A stretch of DNA of 61,471 bases, the filler included. It is 11 parts of 11 records of this genome, joined end to end, with 100 filler letters (N's around TTAATTAATTAA, not from the genome) between each part and the next. Parts side by side here need not be neighbours in the genome. Positions count along the whole stretch, not along the records: positions 11,895 to 18,291 come from SRR7504441_9257; positions 18,392 to 24,298 come from SRR7504441_9262; positions 24,399 to 28,908 come from SRR7504441_9264; 8 more parts are not named here. One strand, 5' to 3'. Position numbers and translations under genes: made by a program. Shown one piece after another: positions 11,895 through 24,534 of this stretch (positions are counted from its first letter, which is position 1; the number at the start of each line of letters is the position of its first letter). A model generated the notes under the pieces. The model had not been told where the DNA came from and made no database searches. It saw only the letters and a program-made list of their open reading frames with translations.

Positions 11895-14800
11895 GAGCTC
11901 GTTCACACTGAGCACGCCGTTGTGTGAGTGCCGGTCGGCCTTGTTCATTATCCATCGGGCCAGCTTGCTAGCCTCCGCATGCTGATTGGCCGGCGCTGCA
12001 GCCACATTCTCCTTCCCCAGAGGGGCCGCCTGTTGAGGCGCGTTCGATTTAGCAGCCTGGGCGGCCATTCTTGCCGCCGATACCGATGCCCATGGGGGCG
12101 CCGATATGGGGGTGGACAGCGATGCCTTCACAGGGCTCGGGTGTCGCGCTGGCACACTGGCAGCCACTTGTGGCGAGCTCCCAGTTTCGACGGTCTTGCG
12201 AACGTTGTACCTGTTGCAGATATCCTCGATCAGAGCCTTGCGCTCATCTTTGGACAGGGACGAAACGTCAGTAGTCTGCCAAGGCAGCAGTCAATTGCAA
12301 GGCATCAGAGCTCGGCAGCAGCACCGTAGGGTTGACGCGCGGACCAGTGGGGGTGTCAAGCAGTGCTGCGTCCTGAATCGGCTTGACATACTCCGCCCGA
12401 GCCTCCGGGGTCTGCGGTGACGGGAACACCGCTGGCTTGGGACGCGAAACAAACTTACTAGGAGTGAACTTTGCGAAAGTCCGCTCTGCCGCACTCCACC
12501 GCCTTTCAAACTCGTGATCGAGTGGGTCTCTAATGCGCTCAACAGACTCTTCGGTCGGTCCACTTGTAGGTGCCTGATCGGATTTGGCGCTGCTTGCGTC
12601 TCGATGGGACGGAGAACTGTTGGTGAACGAGAGCGAGCCAATCGGCGAGTTAGTCGGCCGCGAGTCCGCGGGCGGTTTGGAAGCTCTTACGAGATTCACT
12701 GCTACGTCAACACCGTCGGCCAGCTCCTGAGCTTGGAACTTGAGCATCCTACGCTGGAGCTCAAGATTCCGGGCCTCAAGGTCCTGGCCGCAAGCAGGAT
12801 CAGTCTGTGGACGCCCCTGGGAGCACCTTGTTCTGGACATTGCTCCTGAGCAGCTCAGACTTGAGTGCTAGCACCGCCTGGGCAGGCGGGGTCAGTGGAT
12901 TGTTTAACCGCAGCCACCTTGTGTTTCCCAATGTAAAGGTTTCGCACCATCTGCTCTATCTCCCTCTTTCCCTGCTCGATTTGGGCCAACGACTCCAGCG
13001 CGGCATCATTCGCGCAGATCTCGTCATGCAGCTTCTGCGAGTTGTTTTTGAGATCGAACTGGACCTCGGTCAGCTGCCGCTGCATCTCATGGACCAGCGG
13101 CTCGCCCCGGCCCGTCCAAACCTCCGCAACCTGCCCAGCCTCAGCTGGCACCCGCCGGTCCGCTCACTTGGTCCAGGCACGCCTTGTGCTCGTTCAGTCT
13201 CCCTTGCGCGAGTTGCTCTCGGCTCAGCTGTGATTCGCTAGAGCAGATTCGCTGTCTAATCAGTGCCTCTGTCTGGAGCAAACCCAAGTATTCCTTGAGC
13301 AGGCTGTCAAACAGCACATCGGTCTCGTCTAGACTCGTATCCTGGCCCACCACGATCACGTGCCGCCTGGCCGCCACCCACATCCAAGGTTCGGGCGATT
13401 TGCTTGCTGCTCGCCAGCCTTTCGCCCACCAAGCTCTGCAGCTGCTGATCCGCGGAGACGAGCGCCACACCGAGCTTGGCCTGCAGCTGCATCTCAACAG
13501 CCCGGGCAGCACCGCACCATGTCAGCCGCGGGCGGCCGATCCGGCTGCCGCGGCCGTGCTGGAGATGGGCTCTGCTCAAATCTGAAGGGAGATCCACTCT
13601 GGCTCAGGACAGAGCCAAGCAGCGAATTGCTGTAGGGCGAATGGACCTGCCCACTGAAGCTCAGCCCGGACCTGGTCGCGGGGGCTCGCCTGGTGTGTGT
13701 TCCGGTAGACCTGATTGGTGATACCGCGAGCTCGCGTGGCGTATCTGAGCGTGTTGCGGGTGTCAGCCATCGCTTTGGCCGCTGGGGACACATTCGCGAT
13801 CATCACCTGACAGGACCCAGGTAAGCAACCGCCAACTCCCAAACCGATGACGCCACCCAGGGCCCCACAGGTCGAGAGCACAGTGCACAGTCACCGTGCA
13901 AGTGTTCCCGCCCAGTGAATCCTTGAGCAGACGGGTCAGTTTGGAATCGCGGTACGGAATGAAAGCGTCCTGCACCCTCCTCGAGGCCGCCGCGTCCGCC
14001 AGAGCGTTGATGCAGTTCCCGAGTGCAAACAAGCTCCGATTGATTTGGACCGACTCAGCCAGCCGTTTTCCCCTGTGCTCCCCACCCGCGCCGCGCTCCG
14101 ACCCGGCCAAATCACACCTGTGCCCAGCTCACCGGCAGGAGCAAGGCAGGCGCACAGTGAGAGCTTGGAGACGGTGAAGCAGGACGGGGTCTGCTGCACC
14201 ACTGTCACCTGGGCCGGGTGAGCGGTGCGGTCCTGTCGGGTACCTGCAGCAACGCGTGCGATCTCGATGAGACCTCGTTGCTACTCGTGCTCGCCATAGT
14301 GCGGCGCTGGTTGCCAAACAGGAGCACCTCCTCAACTTGGCTCTGGGTGACGATATCCACCTGCCATCCGTTCAGCCTGGCCGGCCCCTGGAGCGGCCTC
14401 AGTCAGCTGGGGCACCACCATCCCGTAAACGGGGTCCTCCCTAAGCTCTAGCTGCTGCTTCTGCTTGCCTGGATCCAGCGCGAGCAAGTCCCGGATCTGC
14501 TCGTTGTAGATCTCCAGGAAGCTCACCCGCACCCCGAATTGCACCGCACCCTCCACCCGCCCGATCCTCTCGAACAAGTCTGCCCCCGCCGCTGGCACCC
14601 CCCGAGAGTGGGGCGCACCGTGCACTGTGAGCGAGTACAGTCCCCGCTCGCTGTCCGGGGCGAGTGTGCCGTTGGTCCTCAGCTCGCCGTGCATGGTGTA
14701 GGTCTTGCCGGCCCCGGTGGCTCCGTAGCAGAAGATGGTGGCATTGAAGCCGTCCAGAACGTGCGATAGTAACGGTGCCCCCACCGCATCGTACACATGC

Positions 14801-15036
14801 TTGTTGGGGCACCGGTGGTCAAACACGCGGTCGAAGCTGAAGCACTCCGGCCGCCGCCCGGCCCCGCCGTGCCGCTCGACTGGGTCTAGCATCAGTACGT
14901 CGTCGCCTTCTATCTCGAGCACCGTCTCCCGCCGGCCGGGAAGCTCGGCGCACCATTCGGCCTCGGCGGCGTTGAGCGGCCGGGTGCGGACCACCACCCG
15001 GAAAGCGTCCTCCAGCAGCTCGTCCGCGCACGACAT
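11895..15036 (-). CDS. Kinesin-8 family (KIF18/19-like) motor with coiled-coil tail, 3' truncated
   Basis: [85 protein letters not shown]; many short introns. Confidence 0.88.
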
Positions 15037-15175
15037 GCCCGGTCGCGCCCTGGGAAGCGCCGACAACCCTAGCCCGCTGCCCCCGGCTCTCGGAGAGAAC
15101 TGAATCAAAAGTGGCGTCGATCGATGAGTTGCCGTTGGTGCACCGGCGCCACAGGCCACGGCAGCTACACACAGG

Positions 15176-16145
15176 ATGAGCATGCTGATAGACCCCCAGT
15201 CGGGGCGGCCGTACCCGCTCGGGAGCGAGGAGCTGCTGCGCCCGCGCCGCGGCCCAGCCCCCGCCGTCCGGATCGACGCCCCGGTCGCGGTGCAGCCGGC
15301 CCGGCCGGCAAAGAGCTGGATGCCCCCCCAAATGGACATCGATCTGGAAGTGCCCACCTCCTACGTCCCGGCGGCCCCGGCGCCCCCGAGCGTGGACTGG
15401 GTCCAAAAGTACGAGGAGCTGGCCTCCTTCACTTACTTTAGTCCGGAGGAAATCCTGCAGCTGCACCGCAAGTTCGTGGAGGTCTCCAGGCTCGGGTGCG
15501 GCCCCGGGCCGGCCTCGGGGAGCCCGGGCCAGGGCGGACGACGGGCAGATCGACGAGGTCGAGTTCAAGTGCGCGTTGGTGCTCAATATGAGCAATCAGG
15601 CACCCGGCCGCCGGGGGGGTGCTAACCACCGGCTGAGCAGGCGGCGGCCTCTATCTCCAAGCAGTTGTTTAAGAGGTTTGACACCGACGGGAGCGGGCAG
15701 ATCGAGTTCAACGAGTTCGTCATGGCCCTCTCGCTGCTCAGCCCCAAGGCAATCCGTGGCCCGTGCCCCCGGCCGAGCAGAAGTCAGGCGCCTTTCGAGG
15801 AGAAAGTGACCTTGTCGTTCGAGCTGTTTGAGGAGAGCGGCAAGCTGGACAAGTTCGCGCTCAGGCGGATCATGATGCCCTCGGTGCCGGAGGCCGACGC
15901 CAGCTCTGCAGGTGCGGTCTGCGGTTGGCGGTGCGAATGGCGAGGCAGATGAGCTTCTTGCGAGTGCTGTGGAGCACGCGGTGTGGCACAACGCGGAGCA
16001 GGGCCGGGACTACCTGGACTTCAAGGACTACCGCAAGTTCTGCCGGGGCAACGGACACGTGCTCAAGTGGCTGACGTTTGAGCTCACCAAGACCAAGTGG
16101 AGCAGACACTTCAGGATTGTCAGCACGCGAGAGGGCTATAACTAG
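15176..16145 (+). CDS. Calcineurin B-like (CBL/NCS-type) EF-hand calcium sensor
   Basis: LASFTYFSPEEI, DDGQIDEVEF, LFKRFDTDGSGQIEFNEFVMALS, APFEEKVTLSFELF; 4 introns, two GC-AG (15600-15640, 15749-15787). Confidence 0.82.
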
Positions 16146-16357
16146 TGGTTTGCTGCAGTATTGCGAGGCCTAGAGATTTATATTATATTTCAATTGAGTT
16201 AAGATACAATAATGGAACTGTCTTACGAGATTGCGCGCACGTGCAAATTATTACTATCAAGTACAGTATATCTTAGTGATGTATTAATGAATGAAAGCTA
16301 AGCGGTGCGGTATTCGCCCAAACGGCTTGTGCGCCCGGATCAGACCGACGGCGGCCA

Positions 16358-17008
16358 TCAGAACCCGTCCGACTTGGCCACAAACGAGTTGCCGCAGCCG
16401 CAGGACGCGTCAGAGTTTGGGTTCTCCTGTATGCAGAACGATGCTCTCACCTGCCCCGGCTCGCGGCCTGGCCCGGCCCAGGCGCACTAGGCTGGACTCG
16501 TAGTCGACCGTGGCTCCAGCCAGGAACGACAGCGATATTTCATCGATCACCACTTCCACGTTCTCCTTTGCAAACACACTGGCCCATCGCTGAGGCCGGG
16601 CCGCCGAACGGGGGGACCTGTCCTGGTCTGTGAGCTGGTTGCTGTCCAGCTCGAAGCTATACTGGAACCCGGAGCACCCGCCTGCCCGCCCGGCTCGGCC
16701 CACGCCCATGCGACATCCGGCACCCGCGTCGACACTCACACGCAGCCGCGTGGGCTCCCCGCTCTCGCTGATCAGTTCCCGGATCCTCTGCGACCAGCCG
16801 GGCTGGCCGGGGCGTTCTGGGGTGCCGACAGGGGCACCTCGGCACAGGCGTCGGTGATCTCGATCGCGGGCCCAGCGGTGGTCAATCCGCGCGCAGGGGC
16901 CAGCCACCGGGCGGCCCCGAGCCGGCTGCCCCGGACGGTGGGCCCGAGTTCGAGCGGTGGGGCGGACCTGGCCGCTGGCTGGGAACGGGCGAACAGCGCC
17001 CGGAGCAT
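16358..17008 (-). CDS. ISCA2: Mitochondrial iron-sulfur cluster assembly protein IscA/ISCA2
   Basis: Arg-rich presequence, ITDAC, LRVSV, GGCSGFQYSF, GATVDY, spliced NPNSDASCGCGNSF. Confidence 0.88.
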
Positions 17009-17145
17009 CCCCCCCGCCCTAGCGCCACACACACTCCCGCCGCAGGGCGTGTCGTGCCCCTTGTCGCTGGCTGGATCGCTGCAAAGAAGTTTGGGCACCG
17101 CGGCCGGCGCCGACTCGTCCCTGCGGCAAGGTGGCCGGTTGCGGG

Positions 17146-18162
17146 ATGTCGGCGGATCTGGCCGCGGAGGCCGCGGTGCTGGCGCCACTGCTAAGCGGCT
17201 GGCGCCGGCTGCACGCGGAGGGTGCGCTGGCGGACTTCGACCTGGCGGGAGCTTTCATCCTGGCGTGCGCGGCGGTGCGTGCAGGCGGCCGGGGCTGGGC
17301 GCTGGCCCGGATGAAGCCTGCGCTGCTGCAGCCGGAGGACGAGGCGGCCACCGGCTCGGCAGAGCTGGCCGCGATTCCGGGGCTGGTCGAGCTGCTCGAG
17401 CCGGACCGCGTGGACCGTTGGCTGCCGGCCGGTCCGCGGCGGGTGGTGAGTGCTTTCAGCAACGTGCGGCTCCGAGGGATTAGGAAGCACTCCAACGACT
17501 TCGCCAACACCTCGATCTGCGCCTGGGCCCAGGGGCTCCGACCGTTTGTGCTGATGTTCAACATTCCATCGCCGATGCGGGTTCTCAAGATGCAGGCCGC
17601 CGGGCGGCGGGTGGTCACAATGTTCAGCGGAGCCGATGAGCTGGCCTGCTGCCACCACTCGCAGCTGCACTACATGGAGGGCGATAAGAGCCACAGCCGG
17701 GACGCGCTACACTTCCTGGTCCACGACCTGGCTCACATGGAACATCTGCAGGACCCGATTACACACCTGGAGCAGATCGGGTTCTTCCGATGCTGCCTCG
17801 GGCTGGAGCCGTCCACGCGCGAGTTCTTCAGCGGACTTGGCGGGGACCAGAAGCTGTGGCACCAGGTGGAGTATGTCATCTCGGACTTTAACGCCATGTC
17901 TAACCACTTGCTCGGGTATCTCAAGGCAAAGTGGATCTCGGCATGCCACCGGATTGCTCCAGATAACCCGCACGGCGCCGCCGTAAGCGGATGGGCCCGA
18001 CTGCTCGACGGGTTCCGGATGGAGCCGGGCAGCCCCGCGCGCGAGGCCGCGGAGGCCCTCTGTGTCCGAGAGGAGCCGCTGAGCCCGGAAGAGGTCGAGG
18101 CACTGAGAGAACACTTTAGAGGATGTGCGGGTGACTCGATTGAACTAATAGACCAGAGCTGA
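17146..18162 (+). CDS. Hypothetical protein with HDLAH motif, intronless
   Basis: 338-aa ORF; IPSPMRVLKMQAAGRRVVT, RDALHFLVHDLAHMEH, EYVISDFN. Confidence 0.7.
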   Translation: MSADLAAEAAVLAPLLSGWRRLHAEGALADFDLAGAFILACAAVRAGGRGWALARMKPALLQPEDEAATGSAELAAIPGLVELLEPDRVDRWLPAGPRRVVSAFSNVRLRGIRKHSNDFANTSICAWAQGLRPFVLMFNIPSPMRVLKMQAAGRRVVTMFSGADELACCHHSQLHYMEGDKSHSRDALHFLVHDLAHMEHLQDPITHLEQIGFFRCCLGLEPSTREFFSGLGGDQKLWHQVEYVISDFNAMSNHLLGYLKAKWISACHRIAPDNPHGAAVSGWARLLDGFRMEPGSPAREAAEALCVREEPLSPEEVEALREHFRGCAGDSIELIDQS

Positions 18163-18648
18163 CCGGTGCACGGCCTTGTGGTCATGATCATAAATGGGGT
18201 ATGAGCATTGCTGATTATAATGTACATTTTTATACTTCATGATTGTGATTACGAGTACTCGTATAGCAGATACAAGATTAGTGCATGGTTCNNNNNNNNN
18301 NNNNNNNNNNNNNNNNNNNNNNNNNNNNNNNNNNNTTAATTAATTAANNNNNNNNNNNNNNNNNNNNNNNNNNNNNNNNNNNNNNNNNNNNTGAGGCAGC
18401 AGTGACGTCGACCGACGATCGGAACTCTCATTACTTAAAGGATGCAATGCCTACAAGCTATCAGACCGATGCCAGTGTCGACATGGCGCATCTTTGGCAC
18501 TCGAATTCTTGGACAGTTGACGACCAGTTGTAATCAATGATTAAAGTGCCTCTCGATTCAAAAAAATGAATACAAGTATATTGTATTCATACAATCTTCC
18601 GCTATCCTATAATAATTATATATTAATTATATATCGGTTTATATACTA

Positions 18649-21600
18649 TCAATCGATGAAATTGCTTATAATTGTGGACGGGAGAGTCCTCCGGGGCGTG
18701 AGCCCCGTGCGTGAAGTGGACTGGCCGGGACCTCTTGGCGTCAGCCCGGTGCGAGACGTGGAATGACCAATGCGCGAGCGAGGGGTGATCACTGCGCTTC
18801 GCGGGCTGAGCACTTGGCTCATTGTCGGCTGTTGCAGTTCTCTGTTGTAGTCCTCGTTGCTCTCTTTGATCAGATCAGACGTCGCATCAAACCAGAGTGT
18901 CTCGCCAGTCTCGTACGCCCGATCCTTTTGCACTATGTGAGCAGTGTTACTCGCCACAGATACTATCATGGAAACATCGTGAAGCAGCCGCTGCAGCACG
19001 TGCATCGGCTTGCTCACCGGACACAGCGGCTTCTTTGATACTCCATCGATTCCATCGCGGGCATCGAACTGGATCTCACTCTCCTCCCAGCGCTCTAGCA
19101 ATAAATTACCTGCACAATCGCCGTAATCAGCAGCGCGGGCGAGGAGTGACGCACAGAGAGCCTTGTGCCGCTGTGCCACTTGTACTTGCATCTTCCGGAT
19201 GGTCTTAAGCAGCTCCTGGTGTGGCGCAAGTTCTCTTTCAGCCCAAGGCCGGAAGTTGTCATCTGTCATAACGAGGCTCGGGTTGGCTTCTTTGATCTCG
19301 TCAAGAGCTGTACTCAGCATGCCCTGCCATTCCAAACCAATCAAAAGCCGAGGGTCGGCTTTATTCACCAATGTCTGCTCCGCGTTGTCGATATCCTCCT
19401 CCGCCTGCCATATGTCCAGCTCGCCCACCGGCAGGAACTCATCAAACGAGTCCTCGTCTGTCTGAGTAGCAGGGCTGGACTCAAAGCCTTGAAGGCAGGC
19501 ATTCAGTTCTACCAGCTCCTTGGGGTCGAATCCTTCGAACAGCGGGTCGTCCCAAAGTACATCAAGTACTGCTTCCATAGCAGCGCTTGTGCCAATTGGG
19601 CGATCACTATCTGGTTCTGGGTTCCCATTGAAACTTAAATTCTGCAATCAGCACAATTATCGCAGAAGTGTGCAGCAAGGGTTACCTGCCCGTTTGCGTA
19701 TACATCTTTCCCCAGGAAAATATGGAGCCCTAGTTTCTCTCGTCCAGGATCCGACCGCACCATTGTCGGAAAGCCATACCTAAATGGCCCGTGAGGCATC
19801 TTATGATACTGACTCTCGCCAGGCTCGACAAAATTACACCTGACACTCTACTCATTTCTGTGCAAACCCGAGGCGGAATACCAGTTGGCGAACGCGAGCA
19901 AAGCACGTACCAGGCAGCTGAATGACCGGCTTTGCATTATCATGTCTACAGAGGAAATGATGCGCTTCATGTGCTGCAGGCTCCGCTGCACAGGTGCGAG
20001 CGTCTCAGGCATGTCGTTGACTTGCCGGAGACATTCGATCCGCTTGTCTGCCTGGGGTATTTGCATGAAATACAGCAGTGCAAACTCGACGATGTTGGGC
20101 GTGGGAAGTTCCGCGCGAATGGCAGGCTTATTCCAATCCCAGACTGTACCGAGCCTGGAGAGCTCGTTGGGATCACTAGTCCTGGGAGGGAAGAAGTAAG
20201 CCTTCAGTTCCTCGGTCTCCTGGTATACTACCTCTTTGGAGCCGACCTTAATGATGCCATCCCTCGGAATCATTTGGGACGCACATCTGATACTCACCGG
20301 GTCGGTTGTGAATGTCTTGTCCATTGCCAGGAACGAGTCACGAAGGGCTACGATGAGTGCTTCGTTGAAAACACGTTTTTTCAGATGAGAATGAGTTTCC
20401 TTCAAGCGCCTCCCAACCTCAGACCGCTGGCCGTTCTGCAGCGCCACTTCAACCGTCCTGTAGCGCTCAGGCACGCCAAGGACTGCATTAACTTTCTGCG
20501 GCTTCACCAACTCGATCTCATATGTAAAGGGAGGCCCACTTAGCCCCATGTGCGAAGACTCAATGATGAAGCGATCGATACGAAGTCTCTCCGGCTCTTC
20601 CTTGGAGACCAGAACTATCCCATCCTGCTCCTTAACATCGCCCTCGAGCTGGAAGGTTCTCCCGCTAACGCCCTCACATCGCACGACCACAGACGTGTCT
20701 TTGTTCAAAGTCTCTACGGCTACAGCAGTCTCTTGGTTAACCTGAGCACCGCCAGTTACGCCCGCGTATACTGAAAAGGACCTTGGCAGGGTCGCCAGTC
20801 AGTGCAACAGAGAGGCGGGTTGATTGATTCGCCTGATTGGTATCAAACTTGAAGTTGACAGCTCCTCGAATAATAATCGACACAATCGTGGGATTCGCCA
20901 CAGCCTGCCGTACAACTCAGGACACAAGCGGCGATATGGCCGCACCTCTTCAGCGTCGCCAATGTTGGTGTCAAGGTCTAATGTGAAGTTCCTGACAACC
21001 TTTTCGCTTCGCTGGAACTTGCAAAATAGCGCCTCGCAGTATTGCTGCAGATCGCTGCTTTCCTTTGCCAGTGACTCGGTAAACCTGGTGATGTGACGAG
21101 CTGCTAGCCGCTGTTCCTCCTCCCATGTAGCAACTGCAAGCTCGAGAGAAGCTGCTGCTGCCTGAGCTATAGGCTCTAATGCCATTTCTGCTTCTTTCTT
21201 GCATCGGAAGACAGCTTGACAACTCTTATACACGTCCTGGATATATGTGCTGTCTTCATGCTGTCCAGGATATGTGGCGTTGCTCATGGCAATTTTTGAT
21301 AACAGCGCTGCTTCATGCAAGACCATCTTGGCTGCTTGAAGCGCTTCCTGCATGACCTTTTGCTGCATGCTGCTTCGAAGACTCAGCAGGCGGGCGAGTT
21401 CATGCTCTACAGCATGTGCTTCATGGTCACTGATGCTGTCTGCCATCATGAGATCATAAAAGAGGTTCCAGAAATCTGAGTTGACATAGGTTTGCTTCGT
21501 GCCAGGAGATGAAGGCGAGGCGACCGGCGATTCGACCGGGGAAGGCAGTCCAAAGATCCCTGGAATGACACAGATTCGCATGGTATTTGCCTTGAGGTTC

Positions 21601-24298
21601 TTTGCAGCTCGCATTTGGTGATTGAGCCGTTTCTTTTGCTCTTTTTTTGCCTCATCGTGCAAATCGGCACCTGGCTCGAGGCCAATACGACTCCTCTCGT
21701 CAAGCAGCTGTTCCAGCGACGAGAGAGCTGCCTTTGCTGCTGCTTGCCGCATCCCATCCGAAGGCAGCGACTCAATGCGAGCAAGCTCGGCCTTTGTGCT
21801 GGGCAGGTCGTAGATGCTTCCAGCGGCTTTGAACTTTTTGACTGTGGAGCATTGATCCCCGCCAACGCCAGCAAACTGGTCCCAGAATTGCTTCTTGGCG
21901 GTCCCGGGCAGTTGGAGCGCCCTCTTGCCTTCCGGCCAGTGGCGCCGAATCTTGCCCTCGCCTCCTCGATTTCCTTTACCGCCCTTGCCCTTGAACCAGC
22001 CCATACTCTCTCCAGCATCCTTTGCAAGCTCATCATTCACATCTGGCCAATCTTCCATCTCGAGTGCCTTCAAGGTTTCTACTGTGGACAGCAGCAGAGA
22101 ATGGTTAACGACCTGAGCCCTGGATGTCTCTTTCAGATCTTTCCGCAGCATCTCGGGTGTCTTGAGCCATTCAATGGCCACCTTTTCAGCCCTGAATGGA
22201 TTGAAGCCTTCCTTGTGCTTGAGAGTGTTTTCTAGTGTGAGGCGGAGATCCGTCAACCCATCGCGGTTCTGCTTCCAGAGTGGAATCATCTGTCTGTCGA
22301 TTCTGCCAAACTGTAGCAGATTCAACTCGGGGTCCTGCCACGCTGCCTTCAGATTCACCCCAACCTGTTCCTGCAACCGCTTGTCTTTGAGCGCTGCTTC
22401 AACCGCATCCTTTGCCGCTTCCTGCTCTTTCTCACGCTTATACACAGCCTTGTCCATGATGAGATTCTTGATTGCCAAGTCCAAACTATCGATAGCATCA
22501 GGTCGCAAGTCATCCAAGCTGTTACCCACGACCGAATTGACCTCACCTGGGTCTTGCAGGTTGACCACCTTGGCGCCCCAGCCGCACTTGGGGCAGTGCG
22601 GAAACCTCGTATGATCCCAGAAGCGCTTGGTAGGGCAGGTGATAACACCATGCGCCATTACTGCCAGCTCCTGGAATGCCACCAGTTCGTGAAGATTGAA
22701 CGGCACACGCTCTTGCATGGGCTCGCCAAACAAGGTATCCGTGCTCTTGTGACACCCTGAATTGCGTAGGATCTCGAGAACTGCGTGCTTGCCGATAGGC
22801 ACAATGATCGCATCGTGGAATGGCTGGTCAGGGTCCTCAGAAAAGCTGTCGATTTGAGGGTCGAAACCAGGCTCGCGGTGTAGATCGGAGGTGAGCATCC
22901 CCTGGTTGTGCTGTGCCACGCGTCCAACCAGCCCACGGCCTGTCGGAAAGCTTTCACCGACTGCACCTGGCGCCTGCACTTCTTCTGCAGGTATTTTGGG
23001 ATCCCCTGTCGTGCTGTAAACAGCCAGACGGGTAATCTGGCCATCGTGTCCCAACTTGTACAGAATTGCAGTCTGCTCGACCGGGTCCAATGCTGGGTCA
23101 TTGAATGGCGTCAGGGCGCAAGCTGCCTGCATAATCCGCGGCGCTGCATTCTCAAGTGCAAGTGGCCCAGCCAAGTCTGGAGAATCTGCAGATGACGTCT
23201 GACTGAGAACAGTGGTGAATTGACCGGACTGCTCACCATCCTTGGCGCTGGATGCGTGCACCGCTTGGGGCTTTGATGCGTCGGCCATGGACCTACGGAG
23301 ATTCTGTATTTGCTCCTCAAAAACTGCCTTCTGGTGCCGAAGTTGCTGCTGCGCCAACTTTAGGGCCTGTGCCGGATCGGCTACGGACGATAAGCTCTTC
23401 ATTTGTGATTCAGATGCCTCCTGGTAACTCGTCTGTAAGCTGAGCAGCCCCTGCTCAACTTTGGCCAGTGCACCCCCATTGCCGGCCCCTTGACCGGGCC
23501 CGAAACCCGCCCCGAGACCTGGCCCTTGGCCTGCCCCCTGCCCAGGCCCGAGGCCGGCTCCTTTGCCCGGTCCCTCCCCAGGACCTTTGCCTGGACCTTG
23601 ACCAGCCCCTTTGCCTGGACCAAGGCCGGCCCCTCGCCCGGCCCCTTGACCGGGTCCGAGGCCAGCCCCTTTGCCACGCCCAAGCCCGGCTCCTTGACCA
23701 GGTCCAAGCCCACCCTCGCCTCTAGTGGCATATGCATGAAGTGTCTCGATCGTGCACTCGTACTTCGCTTTCTGGTGATCGAGTAGCTTTTGCATCTCGC
23801 GCTTTTCCTCGTCAAACTTTTCCTGCTGCCTTCTCAGCTGTACATCTGGAACCAAAATTAACACTGGCTCTTGCTGTGGCACTCACCAGCAGACGATTCC
23901 TCGTTGTAGTGCTCCAGCTCCTGTTTGAATTTCCCCAACCGCCGCAGCTCGCTCTGCAGGCCACGGATGTGATCCTCCTGCACCTGAATTTTGTCTATTC
24001 GCCGACCTGTCTCCTCGATAGATCTGCATCCCCCCTGAGCCTTCAGGCAGCCACTGAAACACTCACGCTGCATTGGCCGAGCCCAACGCGCAGGCAGCAA
24101 TGTCAATTGCTTCGATTTCCAGATTGAATTCACGGATCGGGTCGGTCCATAGGACTTCCGGTTGGTCCGCACCAGTCTGTCAGAAGGCTCAGTCAGCAAC
24201 TCGAATAATCACATGTTGGTGGCTCGTCAACTGAAGCTATCCCATCGGTAGGTGGCTCGTACACTGAAGTAGGTTCATTGCGGTTGAAAGAACAGCAA
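18649..24298 (-). CDS. Large multi-exon protein: coiled coil, Gly-rich repeats, GAF domain and divergent formin FH2-like region (5' truncated)
   Basis: GAF-like FPTGRGLVGRVA..FDPQID..IIVPI..PFNLHE; FH2-like MQIPQADKRIE..SRSFSCLVRALLAFANW..YGF; ORFs join in frame via short GT-AG introns. Confidence 0.65.
23480..23715 (-). repeat. Coding degenerate tandem repeat (G-A/P-G-x-G-P-G-K/Q)n
   Basis: About ten ~24-bp units visible in DNA and protein. Confidence 0.8.
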
Positions 24299-24534
24299 NN
24301 NNNNNNNNNNNNNNNNNNNNNNNNNNNNNNNNNNNNNNNNNNTTAATTAATTAANNNNNNNNNNNNNNNNNNNNNNNNNNNNNNNNNNNNNNNNNNNNAT
24401 ATCCATCGCGCTCTGCCCCGCCCAGCTCACCCTGGCTCGCTGGCTCACCCCCGCCACCCAGCGCGTTTCGGCGGACCTGTCATGATTTCGAGTTCGGTTG
24501 GCACAGTCCTTGGCCGGCCGCGGCAGTCGGCACC

